From the NCBI GenBank assembly GCA_022703355.1, contig JAKLDU010000004.1, positions 1-58,178 on the forward strand: a stretch of DNA of 58,178 nucleotides, in the 5' to 3' direction. The stretch is from Deltaproteobacteria bacterium. Lineage in GTDB: Bacteria; Desulfobacterota; Desulfomonilia; UBA1062. The position numbers and the translations under genes are program-made. The notes under the pieces were generated by a model, which did no database searches, was not told the origin of the DNA, and was given only the letters and a program-made list of their open reading frames with translations. This document shows, piece by piece, positions 27,456 to 35,946 of the stretch. Each line of letters begins with the position of its first letter. Positions within the stretch are counted from its first letter, which is position 1.

Positions 27456-28150
27456 CGGGGGCGCTCCCGCTGCTGGATGCCCGTGAGGATGGCGTTGATG
27501 CAGAAGGTGAAGATGAGCAGGATCACGCCCAGCGCGATGGCGATGTCGAAGTTGCCCTTGCCGGTTTCCATGACCGTGGCCGTGGTGAGCACCCGGGTGT
27601 AGCCCTTGATGTTGCCGCCCACCATGATGGAAGCGCCCACCTCGGAGATGACCCCGCCGAACCCGGCCATCACCGCGGCGAGAAGCGGGAGTCGGGCTTC
27701 CCTGATGAGCATCCGGACCATCTGGATCCGCGTGGCGCCGAGCGCCAGGATCTGAAGCCTCAGGGCTTCCGGGAGCTTCTGGATCGACGCAAGCGATATC
27801 CCCGCCACGATGGGCGTGGCGATGACGGCCTGGGCGAGGATGATGGCCGTGGGCGTGTAGAGGAGTTCGAAGAAGCCCAGGGGGCCGTTGCGCCACAGGA
27901 AGATGGTCACGAAAAGGCCCACGACCACGGGGGGCACGCCCATGCCCGTGTTGATGAGGCTCACCACGAGCCTTCGGCCGGGGAAGCGCGCCAGCGCCAC
28001 CACCGTGCCCAGCGAGATGCCGATGAACAGGCTGAAGAAGGTCGCCAGACCCGAGACCTTGAGGGACAGCCAGGTGATCCCGAGCACCTCGGGATCGAAC
28101 GTGAACAGGAGCCAGATCGCCTTTCTTATTCCTTCCAGGATGAGTTCCAT
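27452..28150 (-). CDS. tupB: tungstate ABC transporter permease
   Basis: 232 aa, 5-6 TM. EAA-loop-like LALGATRIQMVRMLIREARLPLL. Sits between the binding-protein and ATPase genes. Confidence 0.85.
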   Translation of the reverse strand: MELILEGIRKAIWLLFTFDPEVLGITWLSLKVSGLATFFSLFIGISLGTVVALARFPGRRLVVSLINTGMGVPPVVVGLFVTIFLWRNGPLGFFELLYTPTAIILAQAVIATPIVAGISLASIQKLPEALRLQILALGATRIQMVRMLIREARLPLLAAVMAGFGGVISEVGASIMVGGNIKGYTRVLTTATVMETGKGNFDIAIALGVILLIFTFCINAILTGIQQRERPR

Positions 28151-28241
28151 GGAGCCCTCTCAGGGATCACACCGCTCTTTCCCGTGCGTGCACGGGGTGG
28201 AAACGCCGGGCAGGGATTCCTGCCCGGCGTGACCTTAAGGT

Positions 28242-29090
28242 TTAATCGTTGTCGGGCTTGCCTGCATCGGGGAAGAAGAGCGGGCTGCCGTACTTGTCCA
28301 CGCCGAACTTCCCGATGATGGCCTGCACGTCCTTGCTCACGACGAAGTCCGCGTACGCCCTGGCGGCAGATGTGTTCACCTTGGGGAATTTCTCCGGGTT
28401 CACGACGATGACGTGGTAGATGTTCAGGAGGGTCTTGTCACCATCCACCAGGATGTCCATGCCGAGGTTCTTCTTGAGGGACAGGTAGGTGCCCCGGTCG
28501 GCCAGGGTGTAGCCCTTTTTCTCGGCGGCGACGTTGAGGGTCTGGCCCATGCCGAGCCCGGTCTGCTGGTAGAACTTCTGCCCCTCGGGGTTGACGCCGG
28601 CCTTTTTCCAGAGGTCCTTTTCCTTGGCGTGCGTGCCCGAGTTGTCGCCCCGGGACAGGAAGAGTGCCCCCTTCGCCGCGATCTGCTTGACGGCCTCGGG
28701 CGCCGACTTCATGCCCTTGACCCCGGCCGGGTCGGACGGCGGTCCCACGATGATGAAATCGTTGTGCATGACGAGCTTCCGGTTCACCCCGCTGCCTTCT
28801 TCCATGAACTTCTTCTCCGCGGCGGGCGAGTGCACGAGCAGGACGTCGGCCTCACCCTTTGAGCCCATGGCCATTGCCTGGCCGGAGCCGACGGCGATGG
28901 TCTTCACGAAATAGCCGGTCTTTTTCTCGAACATCGGGTTGAGCAGGTCCAGCAGGCCCGTGTCCTGGGTGCTGGTGGTGGTGGCCAGGATGAGGTTCTT
29001 CCCGTCTGCCGCCGAAGCGGGTGAGCCTGCCAGAATGGCGGCCACGAAAAGCGCCATGATCACCAGGAACGATCTGTTCAGCATCTTCAT
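28242..29090 (-). CDS. tupA: tungstate-binding periplasmic protein
   Basis: ATG at 29090 (residue 37 of the track ORF) after GGAGAAAG. Signal peptide MKMLNRSFLVIMALFVAAILAGSPASA. TupA hallmarks LATTTSTQDTGLLD and SRGDNSGTH. Confidence 0.85.
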   Translation of the reverse strand: MKMLNRSFLVIMALFVAAILAGSPASAADGKNLILATTTSTQDTGLLDLLNPMFEKKTGYFVKTIAVGSGQAMAMGSKGEADVLLVHSPAAEKKFMEEGSGVNRKLVMHNDFIIVGPPSDPAGVKGMKSAPEAVKQIAAKGALFLSRGDNSGTHAKEKDLWKKAGVNPEGQKFYQQTGLGMGQTLNVAAEKKGYTLADRGTYLSLKKNLGMDILVDGDKTLLNIYHVIVVNPEKFPKVNTSAARAYADFVVSKDVQAIIGKFGVDKYGSPLFFPDAGKPDND

Positions 29091-29114
29091 ATCTTTCTCC
29101 TCTCGCATAATTTG

Positions 29115-29134
29115 AGAATCACTTTGTTTATTCT
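29115..29134 (-). promoter_or_regulatory. inverted repeat AGAAT-N10-ATTCT in the AT-rich tupA upstream region (candidate operator)
   Basis: Located 25-44 nt upstream of the tupA ATG, in the only AT-rich stretch of the tunR-tupA spacer. Confidence 0.25.
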
Positions 29135-29208
29135 TTTTGGCCCTGTATGCTGCCGGTTCGGGTGAAAACGGCGGCCGGCCGTACCGCACCCCCTGCACCC
29201 ATCGGCCT

Positions 29209-30132
29209 TCATCGCTGCGCCGCGTACAGGATGCGACCCGCGTCCCTGTCGCTGTAGCCCTTCATCGTGCCCAGCAGACCCTTGAAGTGCCCGGACCTGA
29301 CGAATTCCACGAAGGCCTGGACGTGCCGGTCGAAGAAGTCCGCCCGCCTCACGAGCATGTCGAAGCGCTCTTCGAGCAAAAGGGTGAACCCCAGGTTCGA
29401 GCCCGCCGCCACCGACTCGGCACCCACGCCCAGGTCCGCATCGCCCGAGGCAACGGAGCGCACCACGTCGAAATGCGTGAACACCTCTGTCTCATAGCCC
29501 CTGATGCTCGCGGTATCGATCCCCTCCTGCCGGGCAAGGTGGTCCACCAGCTCGCGCACGCCCGAGCCTTTCTGCCGGTTGACGAAGCGCATTCCCCTGT
29601 CCGCGCACTCCTTCAGGGAGGACGCCTTGCCCGGCCCGTAGACGTACCCGATGGTGCGGTAAAACAGGTTGATCAGGACGACCTCGCCGGGGTCATCGAA
29701 ATACTCGCCCAGGAAGGGGAAGTTGAACTCCCTGCGCTCGTGGTCATAGAGGTGGCTCACCGCAATGGTGCTGAACCCGTCGCGCAGGAGCCTGATGCCT
29801 TCCCTGCTCCCGACGCTCGACGAAAACAGGAGCAGCTCGGGCTCGACACGGTGGAAGATGCCCTGGGCCATGGCGATGGCCGGGTCGTCTGACCCGCACA
29901 GGAGGAGCACCTTCTTGTTCACGAGAGATTCCCAGAAAGATCTCCTCACCGTCTCCTGGGCCTTGCCCGACATGAACTCCTCGAGCTCGGCCCTGGGGAA
30001 GAGCCACTTTCCGGTGACCCGGGTGCCGGGGAGCTTGCCCTCGTTGAGCAGGGCATAGAGCTTTTTCTCATTGATCTTGAGGAGTTTCGAAGCCTCCTTC
30101 ACGGTCAGCAGCTCGCCGGGTTCTTTTTTCAA
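29209..30132 (-). CDS. tunR: TunR-like tungstate-responsive regulator (excisionase/MerR-type HTH plus periplasmic-binding-protein-like oxyanion domain)
   Basis: N-terminus LLTVKEASKLLKINEKKLYALLNEGKLPGTRVTGKWLFPRAELEEF (HTH_17 type), followed by a ~220-aa PBP-like domain. Directly upstream of tupABC, as described for Desulfovibrio TunR. TTG start at 30132 preceded by GGGGAGAG. Confidence 0.6.
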   Translation of the reverse strand: MKKEPGELLTVKEASKLLKINEKKLYALLNEGKLPGTRVTGKWLFPRAELEEFMSGKAQETVRRSFWESLVNKKVLLLCGSDDPAIAMAQGIFHRVEPELLLFSSSVGSREGIRLLRDGFSTIAVSHLYDHERREFNFPFLGEYFDDPGEVVLINLFYRTIGYVYGPGKASSLKECADRGMRFVNRQKGSGVRELVDHLARQEGIDTASIRGYETEVFTHFDVVRSVASGDADLGVGAESVAAGSNLGFTLLLEERFDMLVRRADFFDRHVQAFVEFVRSGHFKGLLGTMKGYSDRDAGRILYAAQR

Positions 30133-30468
30133 GGCGCTCTCCCCGAGTGATCATTACTGATAATTACCGATTTACCTAGCCGCAAATGCCGGTTTTGTCA
30201 ACCACGCGCAGATTCGCCCCCTCCCTGGCACAACTATTTTGACACAGCCCAGTTTCGAGAAAAGATCCGGGAACGGGGGGAAGGCGTGCATACAGTGTCT
30301 GGTGTGCGCGGGCAATGACGGCGGGCTTGGATCCTGCCGGGGCTGGGGCGAGGTGCAACTGGCGGGGTCCACCGGCAGGAACCTCCTCACAGAAGATCCC
30401 ATTCCGATGGTACTATACAGCAAGGCCCCGGGCATGGGCTGATTGCACGAACCAGACCGGCCCGCTTC

Positions 30469-31089
30469 TCAACTCCCGGGCTTGCTCCCGAGTCCGGGCT
30501 TCAAGACGGGCAGGCCTGTCATGTCGGGGCGCTTGGCCGTAATGCCTGCGTAGAAGGCGCGGATCTTTTCCATGTCATCGGCGATGTTCCCGGTGGGCAC
30601 GAGCGCAGGCCCGAGGCCGCAGAGCTTCCGCCGGTAGTCGATGAAGCCCAGGACGATGGGCGTACCCGCACCCGTGGCGATGTGATAGAAACCCGTCTTC
30701 CAGTAGTTCACCTTCTTCCGGGTCCCTTCCGGGGCCAGCGCGAGGATCATCCGCTCCTGTCCCCTGAAGATCCCCGTGATGCGCTCCACCAGGTTCTGCG
30801 AGACGCTGCGGTTGATGGGGATGCCCCCGAACCACTGGAAGAACGCCCTGAACGGACCCCTGAAGAGGTTGTCCTTGCCGATCCAGTAGACCTTTATCCT
30901 CAGCATGAAAGCGGCGAAAAGGCCGATGACGAAATCCCAGTTGGAGGTGTGGAACGCGCCGACGATCACCAGCCGGGGCAGATCGGGGACCTGGCCGACG
31001 ATGCGCCAGCCCGTGATCTTCAGGCAGATTGCGGAGATCAGCCGCAGGAGAGGCCTGACGATCGGGGTATCGAACACGGTGCGCTTCAT
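30469..31089 (-). CDS. lysophospholipid (1-acyl-sn-glycerol-3-phosphate) acyltransferase family
   Basis: HX4D motif (HTSNWD) and APEGTR motif. Confidence 0.8.
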   Translation of the reverse strand: MKRTVFDTPIVRPLLRLISAICLKITGWRIVGQVPDLPRLVIVGAFHTSNWDFVIGLFAAFMLRIKVYWIGKDNLFRGPFRAFFQWFGGIPINRSVSQNLVERITGIFRGQERMILALAPEGTRKKVNYWKTGFYHIATGAGTPIVLGFIDYRRKLCGLGPALVPTGNIADDMEKIRAFYAGITAKRPDMTGLPVLKPGLGSKPGS

Positions 31090-31289
31090 GGGAAAAGAGC
31101 CCCTTTCTCTGGATACGTATTGATTTTCCCATCATACACCCCAGGCGACTCCTTGTAAAAGGGGAGCACCCCGAACCTGCAGAAAGATCAGGCAAAAGGG
31201 GCGGTGCGATTCCGGTTTTCCTCATCCTGTTTTTGGGCTAGAGAAGAAGGGCACCGGATTGAAACCCGTTCGGAAAAAGGTTGGTCAAG

Positions 31290-32132
31290 ATGCCAGTGGA
31301 GATACTCGGAATACTGTTCGCGCTCATGGCTGCGGCCACGTGGGGCACGGGAGATTTCAGCGGGGGCGTGGCCGTGAAGGGCACGGACCAGTTCCGCGTG
31401 GTTTTCGTCATGGTCATCCCCGGCATTCTCATCCTCGCCCTCCTGGCTGTTGCCTTCCATGAACCCCTTCCGTCTTCGAGGGACGTCCTCTGGTCTGCCG
31501 GGGCCGGCACGTGCGGCGCCCTCGGCATCGCGGCACTGTACCGGGGGCTTTCCATCGGCAGCGCGGCGACGGTGGCTCCCACGGCCGCAGTCCTGGGCGC
31601 AGGGCTGCCCATGGCATTCGGGTCGCTGCTCATAGGCCTGCCCGGACCCGCGCGGATGGCGGGGTTCCTTCTGGCCATGGCCGGGATCTGGCTCGTCTCG
31701 CGGACCGCCGGAGGACACGCGAAGGGGGACAGCCAGGGCGTTGCGCATGCGATCATCGCCGGGACGGGCTTCGGAAGCTACTTCATCCTGATGGGCCAGG
31801 TGGAGCACGGGCTGGTCTTCTGCCCGCTCACCTGCGCCAAGATCTCCGCACTCGGGATAACGCTGCTCATCCTTCTCGTGAGGAGGGAGGGGATACCCCG
31901 GCTGCCGGGCAGCCCCCTTGCCCTTCTGGCAGGGGTGTTCGACGCCGGGGGGAACGCGTTCTACATGCTCGCCCGGCAGTACACCCGCATCGATGTGGCC
32001 GCGGTGCTCTCTTCCATGTACCCCATCGTCACGGTGATCCTTGCAGGCGTCGTCCTGAGGCAGAAGGTGAGCCCCGCCCAGTGGTGCGGCATCACCCTCT
32101 GCATGGCCGCCATCGCGCTCATCGTCAGCTAG
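31290..32132 (+). CDS. EamA/DMT-family transporter
   Basis: Ten hydrophobic segments in a two-EamA-repeat organisation. ATG at 31290 (MPVEILGILFAL...); TTG at 31281 is the alternative. Confidence 0.8.
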   Translation: MPVEILGILFALMAAATWGTGDFSGGVAVKGTDQFRVVFVMVIPGILILALLAVAFHEPLPSSRDVLWSAGAGTCGALGIAALYRGLSIGSAATVAPTAAVLGAGLPMAFGSLLIGLPGPARMAGFLLAMAGIWLVSRTAGGHAKGDSQGVAHAIIAGTGFGSYFILMGQVEHGLVFCPLTCAKISALGITLLILLVRREGIPRLPGSPLALLAGVFDAGGNAFYMLARQYTRIDVAAVLSSMYPIVTVILAGVVLRQKVSPAQWCGITLCMAAIALIVS

Positions 32133-32207
32133 GCCCGGGCCGCCCGCCCGTATAAAGACCGTGCGGGCGCGGCGCATTCTTCGCAACGGGAGGGATCTGT
32201 CATGCCC

Positions 32208-33086
32208 TCAGCTCATCTCGCCTGCAATGCGCGCCAGCTCCTCCCGGGGGAACCGGTAGGCCGTGCCGCAGAACTGGCACGAAACCTCCACCGTTTCCTG
32301 ATCCTCGATGAGGTGCCTGATTTCGTCGGCGCCGAGGGTGATAATGGCCTGCTCGATGCGCTCACGGCTGCAGGTGCAGCGGTAGAAGAGCCGTCTCTCC
32401 TCGATGATGCGGTACGGGATGCCGCCGAAGATCATACCCAGCATGTCGGCGGGCAGCTTTCCCTCCCTGATGAGGTCGGTGACGTTTCCCATGGCCTCTA
32501 TCCGGGAGATGACGCCGTCCACGCGGCTTTCGTCCGCGCTCACGGGCAGGGACTGGACCAGGAACCCCCCGGCGGCCGAGACGCAGCCGTCCCTCTCCAC
32601 GAAGACGCCGAGCCCCACCGCCGAGGGGATCTGCTCGGACTCGGTGTAGTACCAGGCAATGTCCGAGGCGATCTCCCCGCTGTGGAGGGAAACGATGCCC
32701 CGGGAGGGCTCTTTGAACCCGAGGTCCTTGGTGACGGTGAGGTGGCCCTTCGCGCCCAGGGCGCCCGAGACGTCGAGCTTCCCGTTCTTCGGGGGCAAAT
32801 CGACTGCAGGAACGGCCGCGTATCCCCTCACGGCCCCGGTGCCGTCCCCTTCGGCGACGACCGCCTTTAATGGCCCGTCTCCTGAGAACTTGACGGCGAT
32901 GCGCTGCTCGGGGTCAAGGAGTGAGGCCATGAGGCCGCAGCCCGCCAGGGCCCTGCCCAGAGCGGCGGTGGCGGTGGGGGCCGTGCCGTGCATCCCGGCT
33001 GCTTCGTTCACCAGGCCCGTGGCCACGCAGGCAACCCCGAGCAGGTCCTTTTCATCAGTTATCACCTTGATCAGACAGTCGTTCAT
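32208..33086 (-). CDS. hslO: redox-regulated chaperone Hsp33
   Basis: C-terminal zinc centre CTCSRERIE...CQFCGTAYRF. ATG at 33086 (MNDCLIKV...) is preceded by GAAAGG at 7 nt. Confidence 0.9.
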   Translation of the reverse strand: MNDCLIKVITDEKDLLGVACVATGLVNEAAGMHGTAPTATAALGRALAGCGLMASLLDPEQRIAVKFSGDGPLKAVVAEGDGTGAVRGYAAVPAVDLPPKNGKLDVSGALGAKGHLTVTKDLGFKEPSRGIVSLHSGEIASDIAWYYTESEQIPSAVGLGVFVERDGCVSAAGGFLVQSLPVSADESRVDGVISRIEAMGNVTDLIREGKLPADMLGMIFGGIPYRIIEERRLFYRCTCSRERIEQAIITLGADEIRHLIEDQETVEVSCQFCGTAYRFPREELARIAGEMS

Positions 33087-33168
33087 CCATGCACCTTTCG
33101 ACAAGAGCCAATCTGTTCAGATCCGGAGCCCTCTGCTACTCGTTCATCCATGCGCCTTTCGAAAAGAG
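33079..33168. repeat. 29-bp direct repeat (2 mismatches) duplicating the SD and start codon of hslO 61 bp upstream
   Basis: TCGTTCATCCATGCACCTTTCGACAAGAG (33079-33107) and TCGTTCATCCATGCGCCTTTCGAAAAGAG (33140-33168). Confidence 0.85.
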
Positions 33169-33389
33169 TCTCCGGTCGTGCACCCCTGTGTAGCACGGAT
33201 GCCCGGGGGGAACACAGGACAAAAAATTCCCCTTATATTCCTTTTCTTCCGCTCCGCAGGCTTCGACAAAGAGGCCCGGCGGGTATCCCGGAGGCTGGAG
33301 CACAGCCTCGGGAGCTGAGCTGGACATGTTTCCGTTTGTGTGATATTCGGCGCAGTGACTGGATAAAACAATAAACAAGGAACCCTTAT

Positions 33390-34385
33390 ATGGCGCTCAC
33401 CATCCTCATGACCCTCGTCAGTCTCGGCCTGATCCTGCTGTCCTGCTATGTCTTCGTCAACGCGGTGGAGCAGGCGGGCGAAAAGCTCAACCTCCACCAG
33501 GGCATCATCGGGAGCATACTCGCGGCGGTGGGCACCGCCCTGCCTGAAACCATCATCCCCATCATGGCCATCCTCATCACCAACACGCCGGGCTCCCACG
33601 AGATCGGCATCGGGGCCATCGCCGGGGCGCCTTTCATGCTCGGCACCCTGGCCTTCTTCGTCACAGGCGCCGCGGTGCTCGTCTACAGCGCCCTGGGCAG
33701 GAGAACCACCGCCATGAGCGTGGATGTCGGCCAGCTCCAGAAGGACCTGGTGTTCTTCCTGATCATCTACGGCATCGCCGTGCTCACCACCTTCATCCAC
33801 AATCACCCCGTGGTCCGGGGGGGCATCGCCGTCGTGCTCATGCTCTCCTACATGCTGTACCTCAAGCTCACCATCTCGGCCGAATGCCTCGCCAACGAGG
33901 AATGCGAGCCCCTCTACCTGTCGAGCATCCTCAAGGTGCAGGACAGCCTCGGGTGGATCTCGGTGCAGCTCCTCCTGGGGCTTTTCCTCATCATCGCGGG
34001 CTCACACCTCTTCATCGGTTACGTGGAAGACCTTTCAGGAATCCTCGGCGTGTCGCCGCTCATCCTCTCCATCATCATCACACCCATCGCAACCGAGCTT
34101 CCCGAGAAAATGAACTCCATCATCTGGGTCGGCAGGGGCAAGGACACCCTGGCCATGGGGAACATCACCGGCGCCATGGTCTTCCAGAGCTGTTTCCCGG
34201 TGGTCTTCGGCATCCTGTTCACCCCGTGGAACCTCGCGGGCACGACCATGCTCTCCGCCTGCCTGGCCTTCGGCTCGACGCTGCTGGTGCTTTTGTGGAT
34301 AACGGTGTTCAAGAAGCTCAGCCCCTATGTCCTGCTCGTGGGGGGCCTGCTCTATGCTTCGTTCCTCGTGTCAGTGCTCGCCTGA
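33390..34385 (+). CDS. Ca2+/cation antiporter (CaCA, YrbG-like) family protein
   Basis: Two alpha-repeat signatures GTALPE and ATELPE in a ~10-TM protein. Confidence 0.85.
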   Translation: MALTILMTLVSLGLILLSCYVFVNAVEQAGEKLNLHQGIIGSILAAVGTALPETIIPIMAILITNTPGSHEIGIGAIAGAPFMLGTLAFFVTGAAVLVYSALGRRTTAMSVDVGQLQKDLVFFLIIYGIAVLTTFIHNHPVVRGGIAVVLMLSYMLYLKLTISAECLANEECEPLYLSSILKVQDSLGWISVQLLLGLFLIIAGSHLFIGYVEDLSGILGVSPLILSIIITPIATELPEKMNSIIWVGRGKDTLAMGNITGAMVFQSCFPVVFGILFTPWNLAGTTMLSACLAFGSTLLVLLWITVFKKLSPYVLLVGGLLYASFLVSVLA

Positions 34386-35864
34386 GGAGCCGGGGCGGCC
34401 CGCGCAGGCGACCGTCTTCCTGCCAGCCATGCGGAAGTAGCCGCAGCCGTCGCAGTCGACCAGGTCTCCGGTCCTGAGCCAGCCGTCCGGGGTGAAGGCC
34501 TCTTCCGTGCGGCGGGGAAACCCCGGGTACCCTGCGAAGAGCCCGGGCCCCCCCACTTGAAGCTCGCCGTCCGGCGCGACGCGGGTCCGGGCCCCGCAGG
34601 AGGCGACGCCCAGATAACCGGGCTTGCAGGACGTGAGCGGGTTCAGGATGCAGGGGCCAGCGGTCTCGGCCAAGCCATAGCCTTCAACCACCGCGATCCC
34701 CAGGGTGTAGAAAAAATGAAGGAGGTCCGGCCCGACGCTGTCGCCCGAAGAGAAGGCAAACCGGAATCGTCTGCCGAACAGGGCGCGGGCCCCTGAGAAA
34801 AGCCTGTCGGCAAGCCTGTACTGGATTTTCAGCCCGAGGGGAAGACGCCTCTCGAGTTCGTAGGCAGGGTGCATGTTGTAGACGTCCCGGTGGTCCCTCC
34901 GGTAATCGAGGGCCTTCCTGCCCGCATGGCAGGCCAGGTCGAAAAGCCCCCGCGCCAGGGGGGTCCCGCCCGCATGCTCCCGTATGGCGCCGCGTATCTT
35001 CTCCAGGCTGTCCGGTGTGACGTTCAACCACGTGGGGTTGTACTTCCTGAGGTCATAAAAAAGGGTTTCTTCGCCGTCACCATAGGCGATGCACGCCCCC
35101 TCGCACAGGGCGAGCAGCTGGCACGCCACCCGCTCGAACACACCGGACAGGGGGAGGCAGCACAGCGCGACGTCGTCCCGGGTGATCTCAAGCCCGCCCT
35201 GCGGCAGGAATCCGTTCATCCCTTCCAGGCGGGAGACCACCGCCGAGTGGGTGAGAAGTGCCCCCCCGGGACCGGTTCCCGGGGTGTAGAGGATGGTGTA
35301 CCCGTCGTCCGGGCTCACGCCCTTAACGCACTCCCGCAGAAGGCCCCGGTTCCCGCTTCTGAACTTTCCGCCGCGGTCCAGGAGCTCCCGAAGTCCCATG
35401 ACCCAGCCGCCGTCCCCCTCATGGGCGAAATCCACAACCACGATCCTCTCCAGTGCCGGCAGCTCCGAAACCCTGCCCAGGATCCCTTCGAGGCTCTCCC
35501 CTGCGTCCACGAAGAGGTACCTGCACCTGGCATGGGTCAGGAAGGAGATCGCCTCTCCCGCCGGCAGTGTGGGACTGAGCGCTGCCGATACTCCCCCGCA
35601 GGCCGCCGCCGCCATGTCGGCCTGGGTCCAGTAGGGGGTCGAGCGGGACATGAGGGCCACCCGGTCCTGCTTCTCCATGCCCAGGCTCAGGAGGCCGCAC
35701 GCGATCTTCTCGACGCTTTCGCGCATCTCGCCGTAGGTGTAGCGGCCGTTGTTGTCTCCCTGGTAGAGGTTGGCGTTGAAGCGCTGGGCAGGCCTGGAGG
35801 GGAAGCGTGCGCACGTCCTGAAAAAGATCTCCGGTACTGTCTTCGGGCTGCTGCTGCCGTTCAT
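34371..35864 (-). CDS. acyl-CoA synthetase (AMP-binding) homologue with degenerate core motifs and no C-terminal subdomain; possibly a pseudogene
   Basis: 497 aa. YTPGTGPGGALLTH sits where YTSGTTGxPKG is expected. LPLSGVFER replaces LPLSHVFER. GYGLAETAG and GWLRTGD are retained. The ORF stops ~12 aa after GRK and overlaps the convergent CaCA gene by 15 nt. Confidence 0.6.
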   Translation of the reverse strand: MNGSSSPKTVPEIFFRTCARFPSRPAQRFNANLYQGDNNGRYTYGEMRESVEKIACGLLSLGMEKQDRVALMSRSTPYWTQADMAAAACGGVSAALSPTLPAGEAISFLTHARCRYLFVDAGESLEGILGRVSELPALERIVVVDFAHEGDGGWVMGLRELLDRGGKFRSGNRGLLRECVKGVSPDDGYTILYTPGTGPGGALLTHSAVVSRLEGMNGFLPQGGLEITRDDVALCCLPLSGVFERVACQLLALCEGACIAYGDGEETLFYDLRKYNPTWLNVTPDSLEKIRGAIREHAGGTPLARGLFDLACHAGRKALDYRRDHRDVYNMHPAYELERRLPLGLKIQYRLADRLFSGARALFGRRFRFAFSSGDSVGPDLLHFFYTLGIAVVEGYGLAETAGPCILNPLTSCKPGYLGVASCGARTRVAPDGELQVGGPGLFAGYPGFPRRTEEAFTPDGWLRTGDLVDCDGCGYFRMAGRKTVACAGRPGSSGEH

Positions 35865-35946
35865 GCGGTGCTCCTTCGCGGTGGTCGGGTATCCAGGGTT
35901 TTCCTTATACCACAGCGATAGGGCCGATCAATGGGAAAGGGGGGAT

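Noticed and set aside
30239-30442. 67-aa ORF with a CIQCLVC motif in the tunR-plsC spacer.
   Set aside because: It has no SD, a Gly/Arg-rich composition like the shadow frames, and overlaps other equally poor ORFs. It is probably non-coding. The 336-bp spacer remains unexplained.
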